Origin: Neovahlkampfia damariscottae
Lineage: Eukaryota
Length of the DNA: 20,000 nucleotides
Reading direction: 5' to 3'
Assembly: GCA_016618085.1 (NCBI GenBank)
Contig: JABLTG010000109.1
Location: forward strand, 47,575-67,574
The notes under the pieces: generated by a model
Told to the model about the DNA's origin: nothing
The model's database searches: none
The model's input: only the letters and a program-made list of their open reading frames with translations
Made by a program: the position numbers and the translations under genes
In this document: in pieces, positions 19,856 to 20,000 of the stretch
How the letters are laid out: every line of letters begins with the position of its first letter
How positions within the stretch are numbered: position 1 is the stretch's first letter

Positions 19856-20000
19856 GGGTTTGAGGTTTGGGTTTTGGGTTTTGGGTTTTAGGTTTTAGGT
19901 TTTGGGTTTGGGTTTGGGGTTTGGGTTTGGGGTTTGGGTTTGGGGTTTGGGTTTGGGGTTTGGGTTTGGGTTTGGGTTTTGGGTTTGGGTTTGGGTTTGG
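19856..20000 (+). repeat. Telomeric repeat array, mainly GGGTTT with variant units
   Basis: Tandem GGGTTT, GGGGTTT, GGGTTTT and AGGTTTT units. The G-rich strand runs 5'->3' to the end of the window. Confidence 0.93.

Noticed and set aside
1..20000. Prokaryotic systems (CRISPR arrays, operons, IS elements), tRNA or rRNA genes
   Set aside because: The sequence is eukaryotic (spliceosomal introns, U2, telomere). I saw no repeat-spacer array, transposase, or tRNA/rRNA signature.

Overview
AT-rich, gene-dense eukaryotic (protist) chromosome end in the standard genetic code, finishing in a GGGTTT-type telomere. A heterolobosean or other discobid amoeba is my inference, not something the sequence shows directly. 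By hand I reconstruct 12 protein-coding genes and one GMC-oxidoreductase pseudogene, most split by tiny GT-AG introns (22 introns of 28-43 nt). The genes are an SDR, an OSCA/TMEM63 channel with an extra Cys-rich ectodomain, a degenerate G-alpha, a mitochondrial carrier, a CH-CH coiled-coil protein, an M43 metalloprotease, a secreted Pro-rich protein, a DUF4116 repeat protein, an ODR-4-like protein, a RimK-like ligase, a small membrane protein, a secreted PLA2 and a CUE + 3x SKICH-like protein; with the partial SDR at the left edge this is 13 coding loci. The main signals outside the ORF track concern splicing. A divergent U2 snRNA gene (~3775-3976) has an altered branch-point recognition sequence (GUAGCA) and a G-interrupted Sm site. 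An 81-nt G-alpha intron splits at an internal CAG|GT into two normal-sized introns, a candidate for recursive splicing. CCAAT boxes occur in every promoter, and AATAAA is fused with the stop codon in many genes.
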